NCBI GenBank assembly: GCA_011523305.1
Contig: WTHB01000152.1
Location: 100,270-164,269 of the forward strand
DNA from: Planctomycetaceae bacterium
GTDB taxonomy: Bacteria; Planctomycetota; Planctomycetia; Pirellulales; UBA1268
DNA length: 64,000 bases
Direction of reading: 5' to 3'
In this document: piece by piece, positions 8,960 through 18,050 of the stretch
Numbering within the stretch: position 1 is the stretch's first letter
Layout of the letters: each line of letters opens with the position of its first letter
Notes under the pieces: model-generated
Database searches by the model: none
What the model was told of the DNA's origin: nothing
What the model saw: only the letters and a program-made list of their open reading frames with translations
Made by a program: the position numbers and the translations under genes

Positions 8960-10407
8960 CCACGCCACCACTGATTCACACCACCCTGCAGAATGTCTTT
9001 GGCCATGCGGCCTTTCAGGGAAACCAGCAGGCCATCATCGAACGCACGCTCGCGGGACACCACAGCCTCGTGCTGATGCCGACCGGTGGTGGCAAAAGCC
9101 TCTGTTATCAGTTACCTGCCCTTCACTTTGACGGCCTCACCGTCGTACTCAGCCCCCTGATCGCCCTGATGAAGGATCAGGTCGATGCCCTCATCCGTCG
9201 CGGCGTCGACGCCAGCTTCATCAACTCCTCTTTGACCAAGCGGCAGCGGCAGGACCGTTACGCCGCCCTCGCTGCCGGGCAGTACAAAGTCCTCTACGTG
9301 ACACCGGAACGCTTTCAGAAGGATGACTTCCGGACTGTGATCGCCCAGCGGCCGGTCTCACTCTTGGCCATTGACGAGGCCCACTGTGTCAGCCAGTGGG
9401 GCCATGATTTTCGACCTGACTACACCCGGGTTGGTGCCATCCGCCAACTGCTTGGCTGTCCACCGACCCTCGCCCTGACCGCCACCGCCACTCGCGCAGT
9501 CCAGCAGGACATCATCCAGCAGTTGGGCCTTGAGCCTGCCGAGGTGCAGCTGTTCCACGAAGGGATCGATCGTCCGAATCTCGCTCTTTTCGTCGAAGCG
9601 GTCTGGGACGAGGACGAAAAACTGCGACACCTGTTGAAGATCCTCGAGCCATTTGCACCCGGAAGCACCTCATCCGGCAGCCACATCATCTACTTCACGC
9701 TGATCAAAACTCTCGAACGGTTCAGCAGCCTGCTGGACGCCGAGGGTCTCTCCCACGGCTGCTACCACGGCAATTTGAACCCGCGGGATCGCAAGCGAAT
9801 ACAAGAGGCCTTTCTCAGTGGTGCCGAGCCCCTCGTGCTAGCCACCAATGCCTTTGGCATGGGCATCGACAAGCCGGACATCCGCACGGTGACCCATGCC
9901 GAAGTCCCCGGATCCCTGGAGAGCTATTACCAGGAGATCGGCCGAGCCGGCCGCGACGGCCTTCCCGCCTGCTGCACGCTGCTCTACGACCAGCACGACC
10001 TGCCAATGCTGATGGAGTTCATCCGCTGGGCCAATCCCGATGCTGACTTCTACCGACAGGTCCACCATGCCCTTGCCCATGACCTCGAGCGAATCAACGC
10101 CTTTGGAATCGAGTGGCTCAATCAGCAACTGCTCGGTCGCCAGGCCCGGCACGACCACCGGCTCGAGAGTGCCCTGCTGATGCTCGAGCGGCACGGAACG
10201 CTCGCCCGCAGTGGGGCCCGCCACACCCTGCAGCTGCTGGGCGAACTCCCGCCGGCCTTGGCGGACGACGAAGCCCTGGCGGCAAAGCTCCGCCGCGATC
10301 AAGAAAAACTGCTGGCGATGGTCGAGTACGCCCGCTGCGAAGGAAACCGCAAGCAGTTTCTAGAAGATTATTTTCTGAATGGTGAGGAAACTAATTTGAT
10401 CAACTGA
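8956..10407 (+). CDS. recQ: RecQ-family ATP-dependent DNA helicase (short form, no HRDC)
   Basis: FGHAAFQGNQQAII, PTGGGKSLCYQLPA (Walker A), DEAHCVSQWGHDFRPDY (DEAH box), TNAFGMGIDKPDIR and QEIGRAGRDG. ATGA overlap with the upstream gene. Confidence 0.9.
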   Translation: MTTPPLIHTTLQNVFGHAAFQGNQQAIIERTLAGHHSLVLMPTGGGKSLCYQLPALHFDGLTVVLSPLIALMKDQVDALIRRGVDASFINSSLTKRQRQDRYAALAAGQYKVLYVTPERFQKDDFRTVIAQRPVSLLAIDEAHCVSQWGHDFRPDYTRVGAIRQLLGCPPTLALTATATRAVQQDIIQQLGLEPAEVQLFHEGIDRPNLALFVEAVWDEDEKLRHLLKILEPFAPGSTSSGSHIIYFTLIKTLERFSSLLDAEGLSHGCYHGNLNPRDRKRIQEAFLSGAEPLVLATNAFGMGIDKPDIRTVTHAEVPGSLESYYQEIGRAGRDGLPACCTLLYDQHDLPMLMEFIRWANPDADFYRQVHHALAHDLERINAFGIEWLNQQLLGRQARHDHRLESALLMLERHGTLARSGARHTLQLLGELPPALADDEALAAKLRRDQEKLLAMVEYARCEGNRKQFLEDYFLNGEETNLIN

Positions 10408-10628
10408 TATTCGCGAGCATCAAGCTTCACGTCTGTAATGTCCCCCGTCCCACGTCTCCTCCTTTCCAACTGATTTCTGGAAGTTGATGCCAAAAAACGT
10501 CTGTTTTCCAGCATCCGAAGACTATCAACCGTTTCCTGGCACTTTTCGCCATGTCGTCGTAAAGAGTTACAGGGGTGGTTTTCTTCGCCGTCTTCTTTTA
10601 TCAGTCGCATGCTTCTGGGGATTTTTAC

Positions 10629-11675
10629 ATGTCACCAAAGGTCAAAAATTCGTGCGCCGCTGGCTTCACTCTGATCGAACTCTTAGTAGTGATCGCCATC
10701 ATCGGCGTTTTGGTCGGTCTGCTTTTGCCAGCCGTTCAGCAGGCGCGGGAGGCTGCCCGCCGGACGTCGTGCGTCAATAATCTCAAACAATTGGGGCTTG
10801 CGGTGCACAACTACAACGATGTCAACAAGCACTTTCCTCCTTTTGAGGAATACGGACGGGGACACTACGGCCGCCGCAACGGCTTTGTCCTCTTGCTCCC
10901 ACATTTTGAGGAACAGGCCCTCTGGGACCAGATTGATGCCGACAAGGGTGGGCGTCCGTGGCAAAACAAAAGTTACTGGAACACCAAGATTTCAGCGCTG
11001 GAGTGTGCTTCTTCGGAACCGCCAGCCACTTTCAACCAGGGGCAGGTAACGAGACTGAACTATCGCTTCTGTGTCGGCGATCGAACGATGCATCGAGACG
11101 CTCACGAACGACTCACGGGACGCAATCGGGGCATGTTTGTCTCAGGAGCCTGGGATGGCGATAACAACGTTGTCAGGCCAGGCACCAAAATTAAGGATAT
11201 TCTCGATGGGCTGAGCAAGACCATCGCCATGTCAGAAAAAGTTTCGATGACTGATGCAAGCAAGACACAGTGGGGTGGCTGGGCAGTCGCCACAACCGCC
11301 CAACGAACCCGTCCAAGCGTCTGCGCTGCAACAGAATCGGGCGGCACCCTGGCAGGTGGAGTAATTGAAGATTCGCGATGGTGTGATGGTCGCGTGGCGT
11401 ACTCAGCCTTCCATACGATCCTGCCACCGAACAGCCCAAGCTGCAAAGAGTCGGCAAGTGGCAACATTCATGACAAGCACTACAACCTGAGCAGCGCAAG
11501 CAGCGCCCATCCGGGGATCGTCAATGTGCTTTTCGGGGACGGTTCAGTCTCGTCTATTGATGAGACAATTGATGCTGGGAATTCGGCATCGGCATACGTT
11601 GGCTCTGGCGCAAGCCCCTTTGGTGTTTGGGGGGCCCTTGGCACCCGGGCGGGTGGTGAAGCAGCTAGCCTCTAG
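10629..11675 (+). CDS. DUF1559/H-X9-DG family protein with prepilin-type N-terminal cleavage/methylation domain
   Basis: The ATG at 10629 gives [45 protein letters not shown] (type IV pilin-like N-terminus). The C-terminal [13 protein letters not shown] is the H-x9-DG motif. This family is hugely expanded in Planctomycetes. Confidence 0.9.
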   Translation: MSPKVKNSCAAGFTLIELLVVIAIIGVLVGLLLPAVQQAREAARRTSCVNNLKQLGLAVHNYNDVNKHFPPFEEYGRGHYGRRNGFVLLLPHFEEQALWDQIDADKGGRPWQNKSYWNTKISALECASSEPPATFNQGQVTRLNYRFCVGDRTMHRDAHERLTGRNRGMFVSGAWDGDNNVVRPGTKIKDILDGLSKTIAMSEKVSMTDASKTQWGGWAVATTAQRTRPSVCAATESGGTLAGGVIEDSRWCDGRVAYSAFHTILPPNSPSCKESASGNIHDKHYNLSSASSAHPGIVNVLFGDGSVSSIDETIDAGNSASAYVGSGASPFGVWGALGTRAGGEAASL

Positions 11676-11735
11676 TGCTTCCTTTGCTTTTATTGTTATC
11701 AACTAATAGGTGATTCCGCCGATGGGACCACACAA

Positions 11736-12227
11736 ATGAGAATGTCTTTGCTTTGCCGGAAAGCAATTCTTGCCGCGAGCCTGTCGATGGCCACTGTTGG
11801 CTGTGGAACATCCGCACGTTCTCTTCCAACCATTGATGCCCGAGGCATCGTGACTTTTGAGGGTGACGCCGTGAGGAACGCCACGGTTGTCTTCAGCCCG
11901 ACAAAGCCAGGCGGTCGGGCCGCGACCGCGCGAACGAATGGCTCTGGCCGGTTCATCCTCTCAACACTTCGGCCCAACGACGGTGCCTTAGAGGGGGACT
12001 ACAAGGTCATGATTCACAAACTGACCACCACCGGTGGCATGACCGCCAAAGAGTATGAGGAGAACTACGAGGCGCTTACCTCGGGAGAGAGGGAAATGCC
12101 CGAGGAAGTCACAGAGAACGCCTTGCCGGAAATGTATGGTGACCCCGAAACAACGCTGCTTACGGCAACCGTGGAACCTGACAAAACCAATTATTTCAGG
12201 TTCAACCTTTCGGTAGACCAAAACTGA
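11736..12227 (+). CDS. Lipoprotein with carboxypeptidase-regulatory-like (transthyretin-like) domain
   Basis: Signal plus lipobox-like SMATVGC. GIVTFEGDAVRNATVVFSP...TNGSGRFILS is typical of the small beta-sandwich partner found downstream of DUF1559 genes. Confidence 0.7.
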   Translation: MRMSLLCRKAILAASLSMATVGCGTSARSLPTIDARGIVTFEGDAVRNATVVFSPTKPGGRAATARTNGSGRFILSTLRPNDGALEGDYKVMIHKLTTTGGMTAKEYEENYEALTSGEREMPEEVTENALPEMYGDPETTLLTATVEPDKTNYFRFNLSVDQN

Positions 12228-12263
12228 TTGACCAACGCACGACAGTAGTTGCCAGGCGACCGC

Positions 12264-13016
12264 TCACGCCGCTTCGGTCGTATCGAACGGACTGCCCGGT
12301 GGAGTCTCCCCAAAGTAGTACTTCTTCGCATCGGGGTTGTTGAGGACTTCCTCGGCGGTGCCGTGGCAGAGAATCTTACCCGCCCGAACAACGTAACTGC
12401 GGTCCGTGATCGCCAGCGTTTCCCGCTCGCGGTGATCGGTGATCAAAATGGAAATGCCAGAGTCTCGCAGACCCATGATGATCTTCTGGATGGAGTGGAT
12501 CGTCACCGGATCGATCCCCGTGAATGGTTCATCCAACAGAATAATCCGAGGTTCGGTCACCAGGCAGCGGGCAATCTCCAGCCTCCGCTTCTCACCGCCC
12601 GAAATGTAGTGCGACTTGGACTTGCGGATGCGGGTGATGTCGAACTGTTCCATCAATTCCTCACACCGCCGCTTCCGCTCCTTCGGCGGCATGCCGATCA
12701 GTTCCATGATCGCCAGCAGGTTCTGCTCCACAGTCAGCTTGCGGAACACACTCTGCTCTTGGGCGAGATACCCCATGCCGCCATCCCGCGACCGCTTGAA
12801 CATCGGCCAGGTGGTGATCTCCTGATCATCGAGCAGTACCTGGCCGCCATCGGGAATCACCAGCCCACAGGTCATCCGAAAACTGGTTGTCTTTCCAGCA
12901 CCGTTGGGGCCAAGCAGCCCCACAATCTCGCCCTGCTGCACCTCGAATGAGACCCCATCAACCACCCGGCGGCGGCCATAGATCTTCACCAGTCCTTCGG
13001 CTTTCAGCAGCGACAT
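12264..13016 (-). CDS. lptB: LPS export ABC transporter ATP-binding protein LptB
   Basis: GLLGPNGAGKTT (Walker A), LSGGEKRRLEIARCL (signature), ILLDEPF (Walker B), and the LptB-type C-terminal tail NPDAKKYYFGE. Confidence 0.9.
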   Translation of the reverse strand: MSLLKAEGLVKIYGRRRVVDGVSFEVQQGEIVGLLGPNGAGKTTSFRMTCGLVIPDGGQVLLDDQEITTWPMFKRSRDGGMGYLAQEQSVFRKLTVEQNLLAIMELIGMPPKERKRRCEELMEQFDITRIRKSKSHYISGGEKRRLEIARCLVTEPRIILLDEPFTGIDPVTIHSIQKIIMGLRDSGISILITDHRERETLAITDRSYVVRAGKILCHGTAEEVLNNPDAKKYYFGETPPGSPFDTTEAA

Positions 13017-13058
13017 ATTCCTTCCCTGGGCAATCTAGCCACCGACATGTTGGAGAAG

Positions 13059-14903
13059 TCAGCGGATTGACCGCATCCTCGCGAAGTTTGGCCATGAGGG
13101 CAATTGCAACTCACCGAAAACAGGTAGTTTTACGGTCAGATGCCAAGCAGCAGGCACCATGTGAGGCCAGAAAATCACCATGGCCCGGCCCACCAGGAGC
13201 CGTCGATCGACATAGTGCACGTCAATCCAGAGCCGCCCATCTTTGCTGGCAGCTGAATTATCCCCAAGCACAAAGAACTGATCGGACTCAAGCGGAAAAC
13301 TGAGGATTGGCTCGTCCCGAATCTCCCCCCGCAAGCCCACACCGACGGCTCCGATGTAGTAGCCATCCCGGAGCACCTTGAGGGCTGAAACCTGCACCTC
13401 GGCCGAACTGTCAGTCCCGGTCACCGTGATCCCAACCGGGGCGAGATCAGATGACTGGTCATCGCCCGGTGTGACCGGTGTGAGCCGGGGCGTTGCTGCC
13501 GCAGCCACGGCGAGCGGGGTCTCCCAGACCACCGGCGTCGCTGCCGGCCGATAGGCGCCATCCACAAACAGCCGCAGTTCATCATCGACATTGGCAACGA
13601 GAACCTGCCAGGCACCACAGCCCCGCACGGACGTCTTCGCCTGACTTGTCGTCCCATCGGCCGCCGTCAGGTCGGCCCGACCGGTCGCCAGATCAAACTC
13701 ACAGCGATGCCGCTTGCCACCATCAACCAGATCGATCGTCACGCGGCCGCTGGCAGCACGGCTTTCCAGTCGGCAGGAGACGGCAAGGTCACCCACCCAA
13801 TGCCCGGTTGAATGAATGGCGTTGTAGGCCTGAAAGTCATCGACTGCTGTCGGCCGCACCCCCTGCCGAAGCCCGAGACCGAGTCGGGCCTCTTTCCAGT
13901 CTGTTGCAGACGGGCTGATATGCCGGAATCGCAGGCTGGCTGAGGCACCGGCCGGACATGTGGTAGTGAACCGCCGACGCTGGTCACCTGCTTGCCAGCG
14001 TGTCGCGTCAGCAGCCGGGTCCGTCCAATCGATCCAGGCGGCAGGCCAGCCTTCCCGCTGCAGCACCGCTGCTGGGTGATCACTGTCATGCACCGTCTGC
14101 AGCATGGCCCGCATGACAGCGGGCGGCTTACGGGCAATGGTAGGTGCTGCCCCCTCGCGGCTGGTCCAGATATCACCACCGGCGATGCTGACCGTCTCAC
14201 CCGGCAGCCCAACCAGGCGTTTGATGTAGTTGGTGTCGGCATCTTCGGGATACTTGAAGACCACCACATCCCACCGCTGGGGATCGGTGAAATCGTAGGC
14301 GAACTTGTCGACCAGAATCCGATCACCGCTGTAAGACGGATAGCGGGCGTCGTACTGAACACCAGGCCCCTGGCCATCAATCAGTTTCATCAGGTTGCCG
14401 CAATTCGGGCATGTGGCCGAGGCCACCATCTTGCCAGCCAGTCGCAGCTTGAGCATTGCCAGCTTGCCGTCGGGCGCCTCCAGATCAGCCAACTGCTGTC
14501 GGGCCACCTCCCGCTGCTGGGGCCCGGCGGCCGTGTCATCAGCCAGCCGGCGGAGGTCAGTCACTTTGCTGGTCAGCCGGGATAGTTCGGTGCGGAAGGT
14601 CTGCGACTGATCGTCTTCCTCACGGCTGGCCCCAGCCTGAAAGTTGAATCCACACTCACTGCAGTCAAGATCCTTGTGCCGGCCCATCAAGGTGGGTGCC
14701 ATGGAGCCGGTCGGAATCACGAAGGCCTCCGCCTGGAAGGCTCGAAAGAGCAACGCCATCGTGAGGGCAATGATGATCGACTCGACCGTCTCACGGCCGA
14801 ACCCCAGCGGATTGCGAACAATGTCATTCCGCCGTGGGCCGTGGTCGGCTGCCTCTGGGGCAGTCTGGCTGCTGGTAGTCAGCGAATCCGTCGGCTGCGT
14901 CAT
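13059..14903 (-). CDS. lepB: Signal peptidase I (S26 family), long form with Zn-ribbon/coiled-coil insertion
   Basis: Box B is IPTGSMAPTL (Ser nucleophile), box D is YIKRLVGLPGETV (Lys) and box E is GDNSAASKDGRLW. The CSEC...CPNC pair is separated by a helical segment. Confidence 0.85.
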   Translation of the reverse strand: MTQPTDSLTTSSQTAPEAADHGPRRNDIVRNPLGFGRETVESIIIALTMALLFRAFQAEAFVIPTGSMAPTLMGRHKDLDCSECGFNFQAGASREEDDQSQTFRTELSRLTSKVTDLRRLADDTAAGPQQREVARQQLADLEAPDGKLAMLKLRLAGKMVASATCPNCGNLMKLIDGQGPGVQYDARYPSYSGDRILVDKFAYDFTDPQRWDVVVFKYPEDADTNYIKRLVGLPGETVSIAGGDIWTSREGAAPTIARKPPAVMRAMLQTVHDSDHPAAVLQREGWPAAWIDWTDPAADATRWQAGDQRRRFTTTCPAGASASLRFRHISPSATDWKEARLGLGLRQGVRPTAVDDFQAYNAIHSTGHWVGDLAVSCRLESRAASGRVTIDLVDGGKRHRCEFDLATGRADLTAADGTTSQAKTSVRGCGAWQVLVANVDDELRLFVDGAYRPAATPVVWETPLAVAAAATPRLTPVTPGDDQSSDLAPVGITVTGTDSSAEVQVSALKVLRDGYYIGAVGVGLRGEIRDEPILSFPLESDQFFVLGDNSAASKDGRLWIDVHYVDRRLLVGRAMVIFWPHMVPAAWHLTVKLPVFGELQLPSWPNFARMRSIR

Positions 14904-15526
14904 CCTTGCTCCTTCTCAGGGTCTGGGGTCGGCTGCGGGGCAAGGGCCTGCTCAACGGCCTGCCGCACGTCGGCATAGGTGAAGGGTCGCCCCAGCTGCT
15001 CCCGCGCCAGGGTGTCGTCAAACCGAGCCACCTGCTTTCCAGCACGATCCCAGACGAATGCCGCCGGCACACTGTCGAGCCCAAACTTTGCGTAGAGCGT
15101 ATCGGCATCATCCCGGCTGATCAGGTTCTCAACCGCATGGGCCCCCACCTGTTCTAGAAAAGCCTGCACCGGCGGCAGGATCTCATCAAGCTGACCGAAC
15201 CCCTCGTAGTCAAACGAGAGGGACAGACAGGCAACCTGGTCACCGTAGTCATTCTGCAGGGCGACCAGCCCAGGAAACTCCTTGACGCACGGTGGGCACG
15301 ATGTGCTCCAGCAGTCGAGGACCACCACCGTTCCCCGGTGGCCAGCAATCCGTTCGTGCAGGGAGTCATAGTCGACCACCGCCACGGTCACCGGGGGAGT
15401 GGGCTGCGCTGCTGGCTCCGACTGCCGGGTGGGCCCGGCCGAACCACAGCCGGCAATCAGCCCCAGCCCGAGCAGGATGATGGCCCGCTTCAGCCCGTTG
15501 CCACCAGATGTCATGCTACGCGTCAT
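14900..15526 (-). CDS. Thioredoxin-fold thiol:disulfide oxidoreductase lipoprotein (TlpA/ResA-like)
   Basis: The track ORF (367 aa) is trimmed to the ATG at 15526. MTRSMTSGGNGLKRAIILLGLGLIAGC has a lipobox, and WSTSCPPCVKEFP is a CxxC thioredoxin motif. ATGA overlap with lepB. Confidence 0.8.
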   Translation of the reverse strand: MTRSMTSGGNGLKRAIILLGLGLIAGCGSAGPTRQSEPAAQPTPPVTVAVVDYDSLHERIAGHRGTVVVLDCWSTSCPPCVKEFPGLVALQNDYGDQVACLSLSFDYEGFGQLDEILPPVQAFLEQVGAHAVENLISRDDADTLYAKFGLDSVPAAFVWDRAGKQVARFDDTLAREQLGRPFTYADVRQAVEQALAPQPTPDPEKEQG

Positions 15527-16061
15527 GTCGTGTTCTAAGTCATCGTTTGAGCACATCCGCCATCGGCCACCGCACCAGCTGTCGGGACCGCGGGAACTGC
15601 TCGTCGCCTGCCCAGCCTTCCGCAGCCGGGTCAATCTTTCCAATATCGTACGAACCTGTGGCTGTTTTGGCATCCAGCGGATCATTGCGTGCGGTTCCGG
15701 CAGACTGGATGAACGGATTGCCCGTGATGGCGCGACAGCCGTTGCGATTGAGGTGCACCGCAGCCTGCCACCGGTGCTCGACCGCCTGAAACGGGAGGGC
15801 TGGGAACTGGTGGGGCTGGAACAGGCGACGCGATCAGAAAACTTGTTCTCCTTCTCGTTTACCCCCCGCACCGTGCTGGTGATCGGCAACGAGCGGCTCG
15901 GGATTGAGCCCGATGTACTCGCCCGCCTCGATCGAGTGGCGGAGATTCCCCTGGCCGGGCTTCCGCACAGTCTCAATGCCGCCACGTCGACGGCCATCGC
16001 CATCTATGAGTATTGCCGGCAGTTCCCCGCTGGTAGCACGACTGTGGAACCGCCCCAATGA
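15525..16061 (+). CDS. SpoU/TrmH-family RNA 2'-O-methyltransferase
   Basis: NLSNIVRTCGCFG, VIGNERLGI and IPLAGLPHSLNAATSTAIAIYE are SpoU motifs 1-3. The start is placed at the ATG at 15525, the first Met ahead of the domain. That ATG overlaps the divergent gene's start codon, so the start is uncertain. Confidence 0.75.
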   Translation: MSCSKSSFEHIRHRPPHQLSGPRELLVACPAFRSRVNLSNIVRTCGCFGIQRIIACGSGRLDERIARDGATAVAIEVHRSLPPVLDRLKREGWELVGLEQATRSENLFSFSFTPRTVLVIGNERLGIEPDVLARLDRVAEIPLAGLPHSLNAATSTAIAIYEYCRQFPAGSTTVEPPQ

Positions 16062-17053
16062 CGCTGGTGATTGGCATCGATGAAGCCGGGTATGGCCCGA
16101 ACCTTGGGCCATTGGTCATTGGTGGATCGGTCTGGGAGGTTGACGAGACGCCCACGTCTTCTAGAGCACACTGCGACGATGATCGCGGTGAGCGTTTTGC
16201 CGACCTGGCCACTGCCATTGCTGCTGATTGGCGTGATGGCCGCGGCCCCCCGTGGGGTGATTCCAAAAAAGTGTTCAGCCGCAAAGCGGGCGGATCCGCC
16301 CTTGAGCCGCTCGAGCGGGGTGTGTTGGCGGCGGTGCTATCCATGGAAGCAGCGCTGCCGGCAACTGCAGGCTTCCTTCTCGACGTACTCGGCCTGTCGC
16401 TGCCGACCGATGCCAGCCAAGCCTGCTGGCGGGGCCTTGCAGCGGTGCCACTGCCCCAGGCAACTCAGGCTGAGACCAGCCAGCAGCAGGCTGACACCGT
16501 GCGGCGGCGGTGCCGCCAGCAGCAGCTTCGACTAGTTGGCCTGGCTTGCCGCTGGGTCTGGCCCGCAGCCTTCAATGCCCAGCTCGATGCCGGCCTCAAT
16601 AAATCCGACATCCTTTCCCAGGTCTCCCTTGGTCTGGCCCATGATCTCCGGCAGCGGCAGCCCACTCGACCAGCCACCATCTGGTGCGATCGGCACGGCG
16701 GACGCAAGCGGTACGCAGGGGTGATCTCCCACTGCTTTGCTGCGGCCCGGGTCGAACCCCTGAGCGAGACAGCCACCTGCTCGAGGTACCGGCTCCACGA
16801 CCAGCAGGCGACGACAACGATCCGTTTCACGGTTGGTGGAGAGGCAGACCTGCCCGTCGCCGTCGCGAGCATGACCGCCAAGTACATTCGGGAGTTGGCC
16901 ATGGGGGCATTCAACCAGTTCTGGGCTGCCCAGCGGCCAGGCGTTCAGCCAACGGCTGGCTATCCGGTCGATGCCCGCCGCTGGTGGCAAGAGACAGCCC
17001 GCCAGCGGCAGCAGCTCGGGATCGCCGATGCAGCCCTCTGGAGACGGGCCTGA
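16058..17053 (+). CDS. Divergent RNase H type-2 (RNase HII-like) family protein
   Basis: IGIDEAGYGPNLGPLVI (compare DEAGRGP), GDSKKV, IWCDRHGG and VAVASMTAKYIRE line up with the RNase HII D-E-D-D motif order. It is about 100 aa longer than typical. ATGA overlap with the SpoU gene. Confidence 0.55.
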   Translation: MTLVIGIDEAGYGPNLGPLVIGGSVWEVDETPTSSRAHCDDDRGERFADLATAIAADWRDGRGPPWGDSKKVFSRKAGGSALEPLERGVLAAVLSMEAALPATAGFLLDVLGLSLPTDASQACWRGLAAVPLPQATQAETSQQQADTVRRRCRQQQLRLVGLACRWVWPAAFNAQLDAGLNKSDILSQVSLGLAHDLRQRQPTRPATIWCDRHGGRKRYAGVISHCFAAARVEPLSETATCSRYRLHDQQATTTIRFTVGGEADLPVAVASMTAKYIRELAMGAFNQFWAAQRPGVQPTAGYPVDARRWWQETARQRQQLGIADAALWRRA

Positions 17054-17091
17054 CCTTGCCCCCAACTCGCTGCGAATCCACAATTTCATTC

Positions 17092-17589
17092 ATGGTAACA
17101 CTGACCACACAGCTGTACGTCGTCCGGCATGCCTGGGCGGAAGATGCCGGCTCGGATCTCGATGACCATGCCCGTCCCCTGACCAAGAAGGGCCGAAAGC
17201 GGTTCGAGCGGTTCATGAAACACATGCGGGATGTCGGCGTTGAGCTCGACCTGATTGTCACCAGCCCACTCGTTCGCACCCGGCAGACTGCCGAAATCAT
17301 GGCCGAGGTATTCGAGACACCCCGGCTCGAGATGCATGACGCCCTCGCCCCAGCCTCTGATTGGCCGGGCATCGTTGACTGGACTGTAGAAGAGGATGCC
17401 GCCCGGGTCGCCTGGGTTGGTCATGCCCCCTGCGTTGGTCGCCTCATCGCGCTCTCGATTGGTGATGGCTCGGCAGCCATTCGGATGCAGAAAGGGGCGA
17501 TGGCCTCGATCCGACTCGACGACGGCCTTGGGCTACCCGGAGAACTCCAGTGGCTGGCCACCGCCCAACTGATCGAGCCGGCCCTGTGA
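17092..17589 (+). CDS. sixA: Phosphohistidine phosphatase SixA (histidine phosphatase superfamily)
   Basis: The track ORF is trimmed to the ATG at 17092. LYVVRHAWAE (RHA catalytic motif), TSPLVRTRQTAE and VGHAP give a SixA-like size of 165 aa. Confidence 0.8.
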   Translation: MVTLTTQLYVVRHAWAEDAGSDLDDHARPLTKKGRKRFERFMKHMRDVGVELDLIVTSPLVRTRQTAEIMAEVFETPRLEMHDALAPASDWPGIVDWTVEEDAARVAWVGHAPCVGRLIALSIGDGSAAIRMQKGAMASIRLDDGLGLPGELQWLATAQLIEPAL

Positions 17590-17675
17590 CCGTCTCTGTC
17601 TGTCCGGGAATCGACCGGTCCGCCAGCCACCAGCCCTGACCACGGCTCACTTATTCCACCCAAGGAACCCTCGCC

Positions 17676-18050
17676 ATGTCACGAACACGATCGCTGCTCC
17701 AGACGCCAGCCGGCGCCTGGCTGGTTCTGCTGGCCGTCGCGGCTGGCGGCTGCTCCTCGGAACCGGGTCCACCCCGCGAGGTGATTGAAATTGAGTCGAT
17801 TGAAATCCTCGACAACGTCGCTGAGCAACCGCCCGAGGCAGCACCACCAGTTGATCAGGCCCCCGTGGAAGCCCGCACCGCGCGGCAGGCTGCCGATGAG
17901 GCCAAGGCCGCAGCGGACCGAAAGATTGACGAAGCAGGCCGGACGGTGAGCCCCCCGCCAACGAGTCCGGCTCCCGCGGCGCGTCCCACCGAACCGACTG
18001 CCCCGCCCCCTTTAATCCTTGAAGACGCCACCAGCGATGCCAACTCCTGA
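17676..18050 (+). CDS. Hypothetical lipoprotein, Pro/Ala-rich
   Basis: Signal plus lipobox (LLAVAAGGCSS) followed by a low-complexity Pro/Ala/Glu region. Confidence 0.55.
   Translation: MSRTRSLLQTPAGAWLVLLAVAAGGCSSEPGPPREVIEIESIEILDNVAEQPPEAAPPVDQAPVEARTARQAADEAKAAADRKIDEAGRTVSPPPTSPAPAARPTEPTAPPPLILEDATSDANS

Noticed and set aside
14900-16003. Full 367-aa version of the thioredoxin-like ORF
   Set aside because: The first 159 codons are antisense to the SpoU methyltransferase and are Ser/Arg-rich. A Met followed by a lipoprotein signal begins at 15526, so the CDS was trimmed.
16684-17091. N-terminal 136-codon extension of the SixA ORF
   Set aside because: It overlaps the RNase HII-like gene in another frame and is Arg/Pro-rich. 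The SixA homology starts right after the ATG at 17092.
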